64,000 bases of DNA, taken from NCBI RefSeq assembly GCF_026571515.1, contig NW_026864499.1, forward strand, positions 1 through 64,000. The letters are read 5' to 3'. Position 1 is the first letter of the stretch; each line of letters begins with the position of its first letter. The position numbers and the translations under genes were made by a program. This document shows, in pieces, positions 47,688 to 61,755 of the stretch. The DNA comes from Ruditapes philippinarum (Eukaryota). The notes beneath the pieces were generated by a model that worked only from the letters and a program-made list of their open reading frames with translations, made no database searches and had not been told where the DNA came from.

Positions 47688-50600
47688 TTATTCAGTCTGT
47701 TTTCTCTTAATAGCCCTAAGCTTGACTGGTAGTGGACAATTCAGTTGACTGCAATTGGCATCCGATTCGAAACTTTGAGGAATATTAGGATCTTCTCGGA
47801 GAAATTTGAAGTTCTGAAGCAATGTTGTAATTACAAGGAACATCTCAGTTCTTGCCAATGCCTCACCCATACAAACTCGTGGTCCTGTATAAAATATGAT
47901 AATACTAGTTATAAGTAATGAACTTATGCTATATAAAAGGTCACCATTTTAACTCCGTATGGAGATCTTAAACTGAAAAGCCTCTCGACGAAAAAAGATA
48001 CAGCTAATTCAGGAAATTTAATATCACATAGTTTTTCGAAATGCATAATTATTCACAATCCAAATGAAATTTTGGAAGTTTTTACGAAAGCTATGAAATA
48101 ATTAACTATTTTATCACTAAAATTATTTCCTATTACTACCTGAGTAAGATGATTGTCCTAATATTTTAATCAGAATAGGAAACGTTCTGGCTATAGTAAC
48201 TGCTTAAGGCTGGTTAAATCACATTATATGTACATTTGACGACAGTTTTTACTTAGTTAAACACTTTTTAAAATTCATAATAATGAACATTAATTTGATA
48301 TTCTGCTTAAAGGAACATAATGTATATAAAGCGCATGGAGTCATATTTTTGGACCCCTGAAAAGTCACTACCGTGAAAACACGGTTAGAGACAAACTGTT
48401 ATATGTAAAAAACCATTCACCACTGCTTTAGTTGAATGATATATGTGGAGAGGTGTGGGAAGTTATATAAAATCCAAAATTGAGGCAACTGTCCTCAAAT
48501 ATATGACTGAACATCCTTTAAAAAGAACATTTAACCCATGGCAACACAAATTCAAAAAAATATTTTACCGGAAAGGTCATACGTTATGTTAACAACACAT
48601 GAGATTTATTTTAGAGTTCAAACTGTATAATTGTTTTGTTTGTTTGTTTCTAATCTTTTCTTTTTAAGAGGTTGTACGAGTCATCTTACCAATGGAAAAT
48701 GGAACAAATGGTAAGTTGTTTATCAATTGTCCTTCCTCATCAATGAACCTTTCGGGATCAAACGTCTCTGGATCTTTGAAGAGGTTAGGGTCCATGCTTA
48801 CTGAGTATTGCATCGGAAGTATGACAGTACCTTTAGGTATATGAAAGCCAGATAGTGTTGAATCTTCACTTGCGCAATGTGGAATGTTTAAAGGAACTAA
48901 AATGAAATCAAACAAGGTTTTAGAATACAGAATAAATAACTGAGCGAACAATCCCATCATATCATTGACTAAAAGGCAATCCAGGGCTTCTGTTACGCAG
49001 CGGTTAAGTTATCTGACTTCATATTACTTGCCTCTTACCGTTGTTGAATATGATAAAGTTTTGGACTTCTGATTATTTCATGTGAGACAGCTATTCTTTT
49101 AGCTTGTTCTACTAAAATACCAATCAGTGCAACAGATAAATAAATGAGATGAGGAGCAACTGAGGTCCTAATCCAATAAAAAACTGAAATGAAAAAATCT
49201 CCACTGACAATGAAAGCTTATGAACACACGTTCATGGTTCTTATTATTATTCCTTGTGCTTTTCTGATAAAGAGCATAATGAGCTGGCACTTTTTTACAA
49301 ATTTACGAGAAATTGTATCATTTGAGGACAAGCAAAGTTATAAAGAGAATACGTTTAATGAATTCGTTTACAGAACGTGATAGTAAAACAAAAGCTTGAG
49401 CAAATTGGTGACCCAGATTAAAAATCTATAAACTCACAAGACGAATAGTATTCTGTAGAAAAATAAATTAAAGACTTACGAATACGATATGATAAAAGTA
49501 CTTATATCTATCAAAACAATAACATTCATTCAGACGAGGTTGTTAAAAGAAAAGATTTTAATTGCTGTAAAACAGACATTTTTACAAACACAGTACTACG
49601 CATGCGCACACGATACGTATAAATGTCGTGTCCCTTACCCATACAGCAATGTCTGTGAACTTCCATTATGAAAGCGCTTACATAAACCAGACGATCTCGG
49701 TCACTGTACTGAATAGCTTTATCGTTGATTTTCTAAAATTATACAGAAAAAAATAAAACGATAATGTTTTTTTAATGGATATAATAATTTAACGTTTTCG
49801 AGTGCTCAAAATAATGACTTACAATTATTTTCTTCAGCCACGGTATGTGGATGCGAATATTAATTGTAAGCTGTCAAAGTAACATTATTAGAAGGTCGGT
49901 GTGTTGTTTCTAGCTTGACGTCAGTCGAGATGACAAATCTATCATTTAAGATGAATTGTGTCGCGCATAACGCAATCAAATGAGTGAATAGTTAAAGTTT
50001 GTATTACGTTAAAAATGATTTTGTATTATTTATAATTAATTGTGACGAATGAAATCTATATGCATATTAAAAAATTGCGATTAAAAACGGACTTGCATAG
50101 CACACAAGCAAATGGAATAACAAATGTAAAAGTAACAGTGGCTTGAGACCCATATCAACAATTATCAATCTAGTGATTTGGAATCTATGATCACACAAAA
50201 ATAGTAAATTTTAAATAAAAATAAATAAAAGATTTACAAGTTATTCTACTTGGAAAGATGTTTCAAACATACATTACCGTTTCAATTTCCTTCTGACATT
50301 TTTCTTGAACGCCCGGGAATTCAACCAAGTACAGAAACGCCCAAGAAAGAGCTGTTTTAGTTGTCTCAGTACCCGCGACGAATAAATCAACTATGATCCA
50401 AAACATGCTGTCCCCTGTTTAGAAAACATATTTCTCAAACAATTCACTGTGACTGATAATAACTTATGTTTCTTACAATTCGTGCTAGCCTTTTATTTTT
50501 CTTGTGTTAAACAGAATTCTTGCCATGATGTCTTATATTAATTGTGTTTCACTCAATTAATGTAATAATTAGTTTGATTCATTATGTTTTAGATAAGTCA

Positions 50601-53076
50601 TACTATCATTAGCAGGGTTTGTTTTGCTGCAGAAAATTTATATAAATATGATAGTTGGCATTCATTATTCTAGGTGCTGTGAGTATTTGTTTTCGCCTTT
50701 TTTACATATTTGTTACAAACAACACTTCTAATTTGTTCTGGTAATGATAACAAGAGTACTTTTGCGAAAAGAGTTTCTTACTGTTTATAAATGAATCTTC
50801 CTCATCTGTCTTGTTCCTGTCAACGTCTAAATATAGATCAAGAAAGTCTCGTAAATTAGCAGGATCAAATGTGTTTCTGTGCTCTTCAATTTGTTCACCA
50901 ATATATTTTGCGATATCATTCAAGACTGCTTTCCTCTTTTTCTCGATCTCGGAATCCTTACAAAAATATAATTTTGTTTATTATAGGAAATAATTTATTT
51001 TTCGTTAAAAATAATTGGAATGGTTATAGTGTACGATTGAAATCATTAAATGCGATAGTTTTCAATACAAAATATTGTTTATATTGACACAGGGTCGAGT
51101 TAAGCTTGGATATCAACCGGATATGTTAGCTAAGCTTACATTATTTTGTAACTATTATCATCATGATAAAAAAGAAACCTTAAAAAACGCCGTAAACGGC
51201 AAAACTGAAAATGTTGCAGACTCGGTTGGATCACAAAGATCACTTTGTATCGTTTTCTTTGTAATTTAAAAAAAGAGATATGAAATATATTCTCCACTTT
51301 TCATGCCTGGTGGTTATTTATGAATAAAAGACCTACTAGCAGTAAAGCTATCGGCAATAGACTTCTTCAAGAAACTATATACAGTATAAATTCTACAAAA
51401 ATCTAACGTTCGATATCTCTTTCGCCTGTGATGACTCTCCAGTAGAGCAAACATTACCGTTTTCTTGACCAACTTAGCAAGGAACTCTGGCAAAAATATA
51501 GCAGCACTAATTGGCGAAGCATTATTGAGAACTTCAGAAAGCTCGGTCATTCGATCTAGTTCCCGGTCATCGTAGTCGAACCTAAGATTGTACAATAAAC
51601 TAGCCTAATGCAGCTACAATCCATACAAATAATTCTATATATGCAACGATAGTCATAACTCCATTGAAACATCGGATAAATATTACAAAACAGGAATATG
51701 TGTTATAAAATTGTTCACGGTTTGTGAATTTTATTTATGTTTTAAAACATTTTTTCTTTTGACATCGTGTTCACAAATCAGGCTTTAGAACTATATTATA
51801 ATTATCGTCCGAACATTGAGATTACCTTATGTGGTGCAATATACCGAGCAAGCCTATGCGATTTTCATTACCTATATATTCAATAAACTTGCATGCTAGA
51901 TAAGATATTCAATATCTAACAGAGATTTAACAATCGTGTTAAATTACCTTTTGCCAAAAATAATTTCATAATTGACGTTAGCAACTAATTTTCGTATCAG
52001 GTCACTTATGGATACGGGTTGACCATCGGCAGATTGAAGTGTATCAATGACGAACTGAATTTCAAAACTTATCTTTTCTTCTATAGATGTTTTGCCGACA
52101 CCAAAATCACGAAGCGCTCGGCTCGTGAACTTTCGCAATGCTCGCCAATATTGTCCATAGTTACTCCACGCAATGCCTGCAAGAAATAGCTCAATACAAT
52201 TTGATTCACAAGGGCAAAAGCCGATTGCCGTATGATTTTCTAATATCGAAGAAAATCAACAATTATTCTTTTAAAACATCAAAATGGGGAAATTGGCCCT
52301 TAATGAAAAAAGATTAACTTTGAAATCCGTTCATCTCTATAATCTTGATGTAAAATATCACTTCTTTCTTTGTCGAAGTGTTGCAAATATTGCTGTATGT
52401 GTACAGATAATTTGAGTTCCGTGTTAGTCAAGATGTTTTTTGAACTCAACTTATAAACACATACGTCAGCGTTGGTTATCAGTTTAGTTTTGTTTTTGAG
52501 TTTATGGACATTAACATTAATACTAACAAAGATTATGTAAAACGTTATATTTGGATGCATTTTACTACATTCATTTCAAGGTAAAACAGTTAAAGATCAA
52601 GCCCGAGGAATTTCGAACAGTATAATTATGTACTTGTAATTGTTCCTTGATAGTGTTACTTGCCACACTTATTTCCAGGTCTCCAGGTCGAGGCCATTTT
52701 TTGCTCTGGTTAACCTTTATTTTTTAACAAATGAAGACAAGAACCCACCTTTTGTTGCACCTGTAACTTCCCCTTTGTTTTCAGGTCTGTTGCTGAATAC
52801 TTCTGCTTTCTTCACAAGAGCTTCGTTAATGACGTCCATTCCACTAAGAACAACAAACATTTGATTCCCTAAATACCAACGGAAAACGCTTCCATACTTT
52901 CTCGCCTCATCAGCAAACACTAAGTGATTCCTTCTTTTTGAAAGTTTGTGCAGTAAAAATATTGAACCAAAGATTGGAAATTTAAAATGTCCGGGCGGTA
53001 AATTGCCCGGGGTTCTTATATAGTACAATGTTATGCAAAATATTGCTATCACCACCAGAATAACAGTTAAATCCAT
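47688..53076 (-). CDS. Intact clan-2 (CYP2-like) microsomal cytochrome P450, 8 exons, 496 aa
   Basis: Exons 53076-52749, 52176-51948, 51581-51458, 50956-50782, 50414-50278, 49732-49639, 48896-48690, 47884-47688 (1491 nt, all GT-AG, phases consistent). Signal anchor plus LPPG, WRALR, AGTETT, EVHR, FDPERF, FSIGPRVCMG. Confidence 0.93.
48983..49200 (+). mobile_element. Degenerate SINE in CYP intron 6
   Basis: tRNA-like head (CAGCGGTTAAG...CTGACTTC...ACTTGCCTCT) and core GAGCAACTGAGGTC. Confidence 0.55.
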
Positions 53077-55289
53077 ATTTTTTCAACGACGTTCTAAATT
53101 TCTTTATTACTTAATGACAGCTGTTTAGGTCTTCATTTAATCATTAGAACATATTCACCATCTTACAACTCTTTACATATTACTCTCTTAAACAATGACT
53201 TTATACAACATGTTATCGTTCATATATGATAAATGCAAGTGAGCAAACTGGGCCAGTTCATACTGATAACACACTTAGCGTCACAATAACAATATGTTTT
53301 ACATTGTAGCTTTTTCCACGTTAAATACATAGTTTATCTCTATTCAACAACCAGTTCGATATTGTTTCCCAAGTTGAAAATATGGAAGTAAATTATGCGG
53401 TTACTATATCGTCATTGACTTATAAGCTCTATATGTTTAATTAATTGTATCTCCGTCGGTCTGTTACAAAAATGCCTTGTCATTTATATTATTATTTTGA
53501 CCTTGCAGTTATCACTTTTCACAAAGGTTCAGTGTTTTTAACCTCATGAGTGACTTCAATGTCAAATCTTCGTCACAAGATTAGCCTCAGTCTGTATTGT
53601 TGATCTAGCTTTAATAGTTTGATATAATGCGGTTTCAAGTACAATACATGACATGTGCATTACTCCATGACTTAAAAACGGTAAGAATTGACATTACCAG
53701 GGCATGCATATTACAGATAAATACAGACACAGTAACACTTAACATTACCGGTATTGCCGAGATCATGATATCACATGTTAAATTTACACCTGCAAATATA
53801 CATGTATGTAAATATAATGCACAATGTCTATTTAAAACACGTTTTGTCAATGGAACAAGTAAAATAATATCCTTGTATCTTCAAGCGAGGTTTTACGCAC
53901 TCGTAAAATGGCTGTGAAGGAATGGTCAGCTTTGCATACCTTTAGATGTTACCTGGACGAATGTCTGTTTAGAACTGCGCAGTTTTTGAAATTAAAGGGG
54001 GAGCGTTACGACACGAAAATTACATTGCGTCCGTTCTAGTAGTACTCGTTTTATACTGTGACAGGACGGGTATACTTTGGCAGTCAGTGCCGTAATGTGC
54101 CAGGTATCCGACACCATTTGTCTCATTTATATATAGACATTATTGCACGTAATGGTTTATCATAATGCCTTGAACATTGATTAACAATATCCCCATTAAA
54201 AGGTATATAAACTTTTAATAAGCAAATGACCAACGATAAAACATTAAATTTGAGCATAAACGTAGTACATGTATATAAGATTAATGCCAAATCTAACCAA
54301 AGTAAAACAGCACACGTGTTACATGATTTATGTTTTTGAAACCAAAGAACAAGAGACAACGTGTTTACGCATGATTTAATTTTAGCCTAGTTCCACGATA
54401 TGAAATGTCTGTAAACTACAGACAGTTGCACAGTTCATTATTTGTATACGGAGAAAACATTGTCTTTTAATTTGAAGAAAAAGTAAATAAATATGTTTTA
54501 CAACAAAGCCAGAAATCTATAATTGGTCATGAAGCGTAAAGCTTGAATTTTTATTGACGACTCCCAAAATAAATCGTGTCATTCCGCATTAAATCATGCT
54601 TTTATACAAAATCATATTAGACTCGGCTTTGCAGCCGAATAAATTGAGAAAATGTTTTTTATTTTCATTTTTATACAATCACATAAATCATATCACAAGT
54701 CTAAATGACCCTTTTCTACAATTTCCACATAGAAAATACGTACGTACGACTGCTACTGCAATTATCACCTGTTAAGGGTGCGGCCATACCCTTGAATTGA
54801 TATACAGCAGATTCGATACTTAAGTCTAATAATAAGTTCAATGCAATGTTATTATATCGTATAGCTTTCATAAAAGTTGCTGATTAGCGTTAACGGCATG
54901 AGTCCGCAAAAAGACGTGTACAGCACAAAATAACATCAGTAGGCCTACGCTTATTCTTCAAATGACGTCTATAATATTTAAATTAATGATCTTTACATCA
55001 AATGGCACCAATGTTTAGACTCTGATCTCCCATATTAAAAGATCTAAAAACTTGTATATCACAGAGACACGCACAACTCAATACTGACCTCGCACTGCCT
55101 TTTCTTCAGGAACACATCAGAGATGGCATTGCAGGTCAACTATAAGGCTCATCGGATGAACATAGTAGTGCTGATCCGGCAGTTGCCATTCATGTTTTAT
55201 TTGCGTCCTATCCCAACACTAAAGAATCCAGGTTATGCTGATAAGATAAGAAGGAAACACTTTTATGATGTGTAAAGTTCTTTGTATTG

Positions 55290-55825
55290 CTTATTATTAT
55301 TAGTTATTATTAGGAAAATTCAGAGATATTATGATTGCCGTATCGTCGTCATCGTGGATAGAATAAATGCAGCCGCTTTGTAACATAATTTCAAAAGCAT
55401 CAACTCAAAACTTGGAGTTCATAGTAATCATAATAAGAAATAGTTGAAAGAAATGTGGCATAACCCTATTGAAAGCAATATACATGTATTTGAAATTATG
55501 TCCCCTTTAAAGTTTTTATCAAATGTTTGTCAAAATTGCCTATTAAGTAGATTGATTTCAAAATTATGAATGGTATCAACATGCAAGTTCAAATACTTGC
55601 TGATTATGCAAAGATACAGTTGTTAGACAAGAAACATTATTTTGGATGAAATATTTTTGGAGTTGAGCCTATTTGTAATTAGATTTTTGCATATTTCTTA
55701 AGATGATTTCAAAACAATCAAATCTTTAAAAATGTTACTCGAAACACTTGATTATCCTAATCTAAGATTATTTTTTCTTTATAAACAGGCGAGCTTTAAC
55801 ACTGCAAACGCAGTGTCTTTACACG
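55290..55825 (+). mobile_element. Degenerate Helitron/Helentron-like non-autonomous element
   Basis: 5' (CGT)n microrepeat, degenerate internal units, short 3' hairpin ACACTGC....GCAGTGT. Confidence 0.4.
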
Positions 55826-56806
55826 TGGGCTTAAAAGCAAGGATTTATGGAAGCATTTTGTTTTCTGTATTGTATTTTTATTTTTTTTTTTGTTCCGAAA
55901 AAACGTAAATGTATTTAATCATTGTGTACTGTTTTATAGAAAATATATCATTCAATAAAAATTCGCAAAAAAAAATTAAGAATAAGAAAGTAATACTGCA
56001 TTGTGACCGCTTTTATTTAGTAGGTAGTAACAGTAAATACTTGTGATTTTGTATACATGTAGATAAAATCAAAGTTTAACATTGTGAGGGAAATGCTTCA
56101 TTGTGCAAATAGAAAAACAGTTTTGATATGTATCCTTGGTATATAAATGTTTTCACATTCTTTGTTATGATGTTTGTCAAGTAAAATTCGAGTATTATGA
56201 CTGTCTAATTGAAAAGTCATGTGTTTAGGTAATATGTTTGAGCGTATACAAGTGTATAAAAGCGTATACAAGTGTATAAAGAACACATTTTTAAAAGCAA
56301 ATCTATTTGATTCCTCTGCATTGTTTTAATTTTTTTGAAATTTCAAATAAGACTTTGAAAGCACAAATACATGTAGGCTCACAAGGATATCATATAATAA
56401 TTGTGGTTTCTTTCTATGCATACTATAAGACAAAACTTATTTGGAATTCAGCCATCATCACATCAAATTAAATTTATATAGAATAGCAGGAGGTAACTAG
56501 AGTATGATTTCTTTTGTAATCGTTTCAATTCTTGTACAACTTCTAGCAAATTTCACTTCATACTGCTTTAAGTAAATACTTTTCAACGAATTAAAATATC
56601 AAAACTGAATATTTTTAATCTTTATTTCTTACATACAAAACAACTATTTAGCTAAAGTCAATATGGCATTTGAAAACTAATGTAAAGTTTATAAACTACA
56701 ATGAATTGAGGAATTATAACTTCTTTTTGAAGCGCGACAACCCATTCACTTTTTAAAACTGACTAAATACAAGTTCGTTGTTTGTTTTCAGTCATTTAGA
56801 AGCATG

Positions 56807-59800
56807 CTATGCAACTTGTAGATCTTTTACTCTCTGGTACAGTTCCCAATTGTTTTCCCTTTCCGCAGGGAAAACATTGATTTTACGGCTCACTTCAAAG
56901 GCACCGTTAGGGCCTCCCTGACTCGCCATGCAATACACGGTATGTACATCAGGATCATCTACTGGTGATAATGTCAAGGTCACTCGGGACGTGAATCTGT
57001 TCGGATCTGACTTCCATACCTGCAAAGCGTAGATTATATATTACATATAGTCATAATGAAAAATGGATATGCAAACAGATTTCACAGTCATGAAATGCCC
57101 TATTACGATTTATAAAATTTGAAATACTCGTGCATGGAGCACATGTTAAATGTAAACTCGGTCCCACTCACAAGACAGTGCAGGTAACAGCGATACGAAT
57201 ACGCAAAATATTTCTGCCGTCCCTGGCTAAAAGGTAATAAGTAAGTCATTAACTTTTTGGTGATTTCTTTTTAAAAAGAAATCTCTGTTAAAGTCCCAAT
57301 TATGCGGAGACGTTGTTATATCCGCTTCATGCAAATGCATTATGCTCAGACCTATCGCTTCAGAAAACCAACTAATTGATCCACACTCCCCGGACATACG
57401 GAAAGTAGAATTATAACTATTCAATTGACATGATCGGATCTGCGTTAAGCGTCTTGATGTCGCCCATTATGACCATGCTTGCTCTTGTTTTTGTCACCTG
57501 AGGTACAAAAGGATACGAACCTTGTACATGCCAGATTTTATAAGATCAGGTCCATATTCATCATACAACCGTAGAGACAGTTCCGGTTTCGGTTTTCCAC
57601 GTGCCTTACACGATATTACAACAATCCTGCTGGCATTCTTCGCCACTCCTGTCTTCGTTTCATCAAATACTGCCGGACTAAGAACGACAACTTCTGTTGG
57701 TGCATCAATCGTTTGGTTTCCATTTGTTGCCCTGTAGTATAATGTACATTATTTTATCAGTAATTAGATATTTGGTTTCGATTAAGTTTAAGTGTGAATA
57801 TTCACCGACCGATAAAATTGACATGCTCTTTATGTAAAAATTTAAAAAAACAACAACAACACAAAAAAAGAAAAGATGTTCCACTTTTTACATTATTTTG
57901 TATTGTATATCTATAAAGTCATTTTCTAAATTTATTGGCATCATCTTTTCGTCCATCAGCTTTCTGTGATAGAACAGATGAAAATTAATATACTGTTGTT
58001 GGTAATAAACAACCAATAGTCAATGACAAGCTCTCAAATATACACCGTGCAATAAAAAAATTGTGTATGACATGAACATGCGAATCTCTTTTTCCTTTGC
58101 CAAAATAAACATCATGTGCATAGATGACTCTTTAAAAAAAAAATTCCATTTTCTTTCCTTTGTGATGATTATAAAAAAACTCAATGTGCTACTATTTCTG
58201 TAAACAAAGTGATCCCTCGGAAGCCTTAATCACAATAAAATTACATGAACATTGCAGACTCAGTTTGATTGAGTCTGTACATAAGGAATAATGAATAAGT
58301 GCAACCTCCCTCACGCCCCTAGCACCGGCTTGAGCGGTACTCAATTCTCAACACTCAACAGTGCAAGTAGCATAGTTCATTAATAAATTTTAATCAGATG
58401 AAAACTTAATTTGCCAACGTCACACATTTCATCTAATTAAGATGGAAACAAACCTGCATATATAACGACCCTCTGTCTTCTTCGGTTGTCTAGCTGACAT
58501 TGTCAGTACTTTCATGTTCATAAAGCTGTCTAGAATGACAGTTTCTGTTGGAATTTCATTTGTTTTGCCACCATTCACAAGGTGAAGAATAGTCACATTG
58601 GGTCGTGGATTCCCCATTGCCGCACAGATCATACTCTGAGTTGGTGGGAACACTATCGTTTGCCTTGCCAGTGGGAATATTCCTAATGTGTTGTCAGGCA
58701 CAACATTTGTTGCACCAGGACCGTAGATTTTAATAAATGGTCCGTAGTATAACTCTTCAACCATTCCGGTCATTGAGTCACGGTAGGGCATGCGCACTGT
58801 AAGTATTCCGCCATATTGAACATACGGGTATCGCAGAGTAATATCCATATTAGACGTCGTCTCGGTGCGGCGTGACATGCTCAACCCTAGACCTTCTGAA
58901 TTGAAGTTCATGATTTCAAAAATTGCCGGAGGACTTGCGCTGGTGTTAAGTCCAGTGAAGAAGACTTCTACAAATGCTAACTCATTGAAATCTCGAGCGT
59001 TTTTATTTACAATGGCCGTTATGTTCAAATCAGAGTCATGTGGCGCCATGTAACTACTGTTGACTTTAAGCAGACCGAGGGTTGGTGCTGTGACGTTCTG
59101 TTGCTGGGGCTTTTCTATTTCTGTTAGGTTGAATCTGACATTCACTGATTCTTCGTCATTGTACAAGCGAAAGAACATTTGGCGCATGGATCTCAGCTGT
59201 TCCACATTCACGGTAGACGTATATAAAGAGGATGCTGGGATAGTCTGCGTCCTTTTTCCAGCTGAAATAAATAAAGCACAATAAAAATTCAAACACTGAA
59301 TCAGCATATCATGCTTTAAACAGAAAAGAAACAAATCATAACTATCACACGCTTATAGAAGGGTTTTTTGTTTATGTTTTAGAGAACTTAAAAACATGCA
59401 TTGAAGTAATTTGATTGCGGTTTGTTATAAACATTCACGTTACCAACGTTTTTGCCACATTAAAATTTAACAATACTCTGGCTAATTATATGCAATTATC
59501 GAGATCGACGAAACCATGACCGTAAGAAAATAATAAATTTATTAGAGAAAGATGCAAATGCAACCGGAAAAATCATACCTCGCGCGAGATTTAAACTCGC
59601 GACCGCTGACTAACAGGCGTTCAAGAACAAGTTATATGTCCGAGACCTTGCTGTTTTCAGAGTTTCTCTTAATGGTAATCGAAGTCGGTTTGCGCTAATA
59701 TATAATAATGACTTGTCAAAGAGAAAGTTCTTTTGACTAATAAATTACAAAAATAAGTATAGTTAATCAAACATTTATAATTAAATGTAAATATTACTTG

Positions 59801-61755
59801 TCCTCCACATTCCGCCATTTGTTCTCAGACCAATCCATTCTGTAGTGTGATCAGGGGTGGCAGCATATATTATGGTTACAGTAGTTGGGTCAGTGTTAAC
59901 GCCGGACGATCTTATTGACATTACTTGTAGAGGTAAAGCAGGTTGGTATGGCAGACTTGGTTTAGAGACAGTGTTATTGTTAATCATGTAGGGTTTGTTT
60001 ATCTGAAAAGGAGTAGCATACCCTTCACTAATGAATGATTCCAGTAAAATAAGTGTTGATTATTGAACTATAATGAAAACGTATAAAACCATATCTGAAA
60101 ATACTTTGTAAACATTAAAGGAAGAAAACAACATAAATTTACATTGCTTTTATAACCGTGTGGTAAATTTTCGAAATAAAAGAGAATGTCTCTGTTATTA
60201 AACACAGGTGAATGTTGTATGAAAATCAGGAATAACATATTCCCCTTCTAATTCAAGTTGGGTTAGCCCGTTAAATTCATTTTTAATGTAATATACAAAC
60301 AAATTTCTTTTATTTTATACATTCTGTAGCTACTATAATCATGCTAAAAACAATAATTTTGCAATTCAAATACCTCAACTACATAGCTTTATTCACTTTA
60401 AATGGGCGTAGGTAATGTTGCACTATATGTTATCCTTCATGAATAGACTATATCAAACCGTAAATATACGTGCACGCAGTGGTTACGAATGTACCTAATT
60501 TTACAGTTATAACTTTACCTAAAATTCAGTTGTTCTCATAGGATTTTTAAGGAATTGACATTGATTTGTGCTCATAAATCGCAATTTTATTTATTAATGA
60601 TTATTAAATAATTGAGGTCACTAAATCGGTCAAAAAACCTTGTAATTCTATCGTAATTCTGTCGTAATTCTGTCGTTATAGTATCGTAATTAATTTCCAC
60701 CTGTAATAATGAAACTGAATCAAACTGAATAAGCTGATATTATATCGAAATCAGTAAGCAAGGTACATTTTGTAAAAGGTTTACGGAAAAAAGTACTGGA
60801 CGAAAGTAAATCAAAATAATTTTTAAAGATTTAAAAGATGAAACATCGCGTCTTTCAAAAGCAACAATTTCACAATTTAGGTGGAGAACACGAACATGAA
60901 CAAATGTTTTTCGAAGTAATACGTGTAGTAAAAAGACTTACATTTGACTGTCCAGCACAATCACAAGTTGACATAGTTAATGCTTTACACATTTGCTGCA
61001 TTCCAAACCATACCTGTATTTACAAATGTCTTTGTTATTAAACAATATTTAAGTGAAATACATAAAACGATGCTTTCATGTTAGGTCATCGGTAATTTTT
61101 TTTCATAAAGCTGTTATTAATTAACGGACAAATGGCTCAATGTTCAATTTTACAAACTTGATAAATAAACAATCAACTAAGATCATCATTAAATTTAGAA
61201 CTCTGTATTGACACAATCATTTTTGCAAATATATTCAACGTCTTGAAAACTGTCTCCCTTATGATCTTTGAAAGTTTTGCTTAGTTGCCAGTACAATAGA
61301 TTGTTATAAATAATAGGGCATATTGCAAACAAAAAGTCAAAGAAAACAACACATGTAACAATATTTTTGTGCCTTACGACATGTTCGTGAATGATGTGTT
61401 CTAATCATGCGATTAAAAAGGGACGTGGACAGTAGCTCCAGTGCCGCACATTGACAGACAATCAAATCTTAAGATGTTGCTGCATTTAGCGTCCATTAGG
61501 TTTGACATTTTGACTAAACATGTAGCTAATGTATGTAGAAGTATCTATGTCGCCTTATTAATTCTTACCTTCACATTGCCATCACGTAAAAGTATACGTA
61601 CAAAATTATAATAGTACTCTTACCTGTTGTAATCTATTATTTTGTAACACAAGTCTTCTATTTTGTTCTAGAACAGTCTTAAGCATTGTTCTTAGCTCTT
61701 GTTCTTTACCAACCGCGTGGTTTTGACCTTGAGTTGGCTGTGCGTCGACATTGAC
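56807..61755 (-). CDS. 5'-incomplete gene: coiled coil + Cys motif, unknown beta-rich region, two C-terminal Ig-like domains; no TM helix (probably secreted)
   Basis: Phase-consistent exons 61755-61624, 61013-60942, 60002-59798, 59261-58454, 57731-57521, 57019-56807. Ig motifs [11 protein letters not shown]...GRYICRATN and [11 protein letters not shown]...VYCMAS. Confidence 0.8.
60640..60691. repeat. 11-bp tandem repeat (TCGTAATTCTG), 4-5 copies
   Basis: Direct inspection. Confidence 0.8.

Noticed and set aside
49820-49850. CYP micro-exon ending in GTAAGT
   Set aside because: No AG acceptor, and the exon 5 to exon 6 (49732) junction is already in frame and full length.
18345-61755. All host genes on one strand as an operon or functional cluster
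   Set aside because: Only four unrelated families once tandem duplicates are collapsed; co-orientation is plausible by chance.
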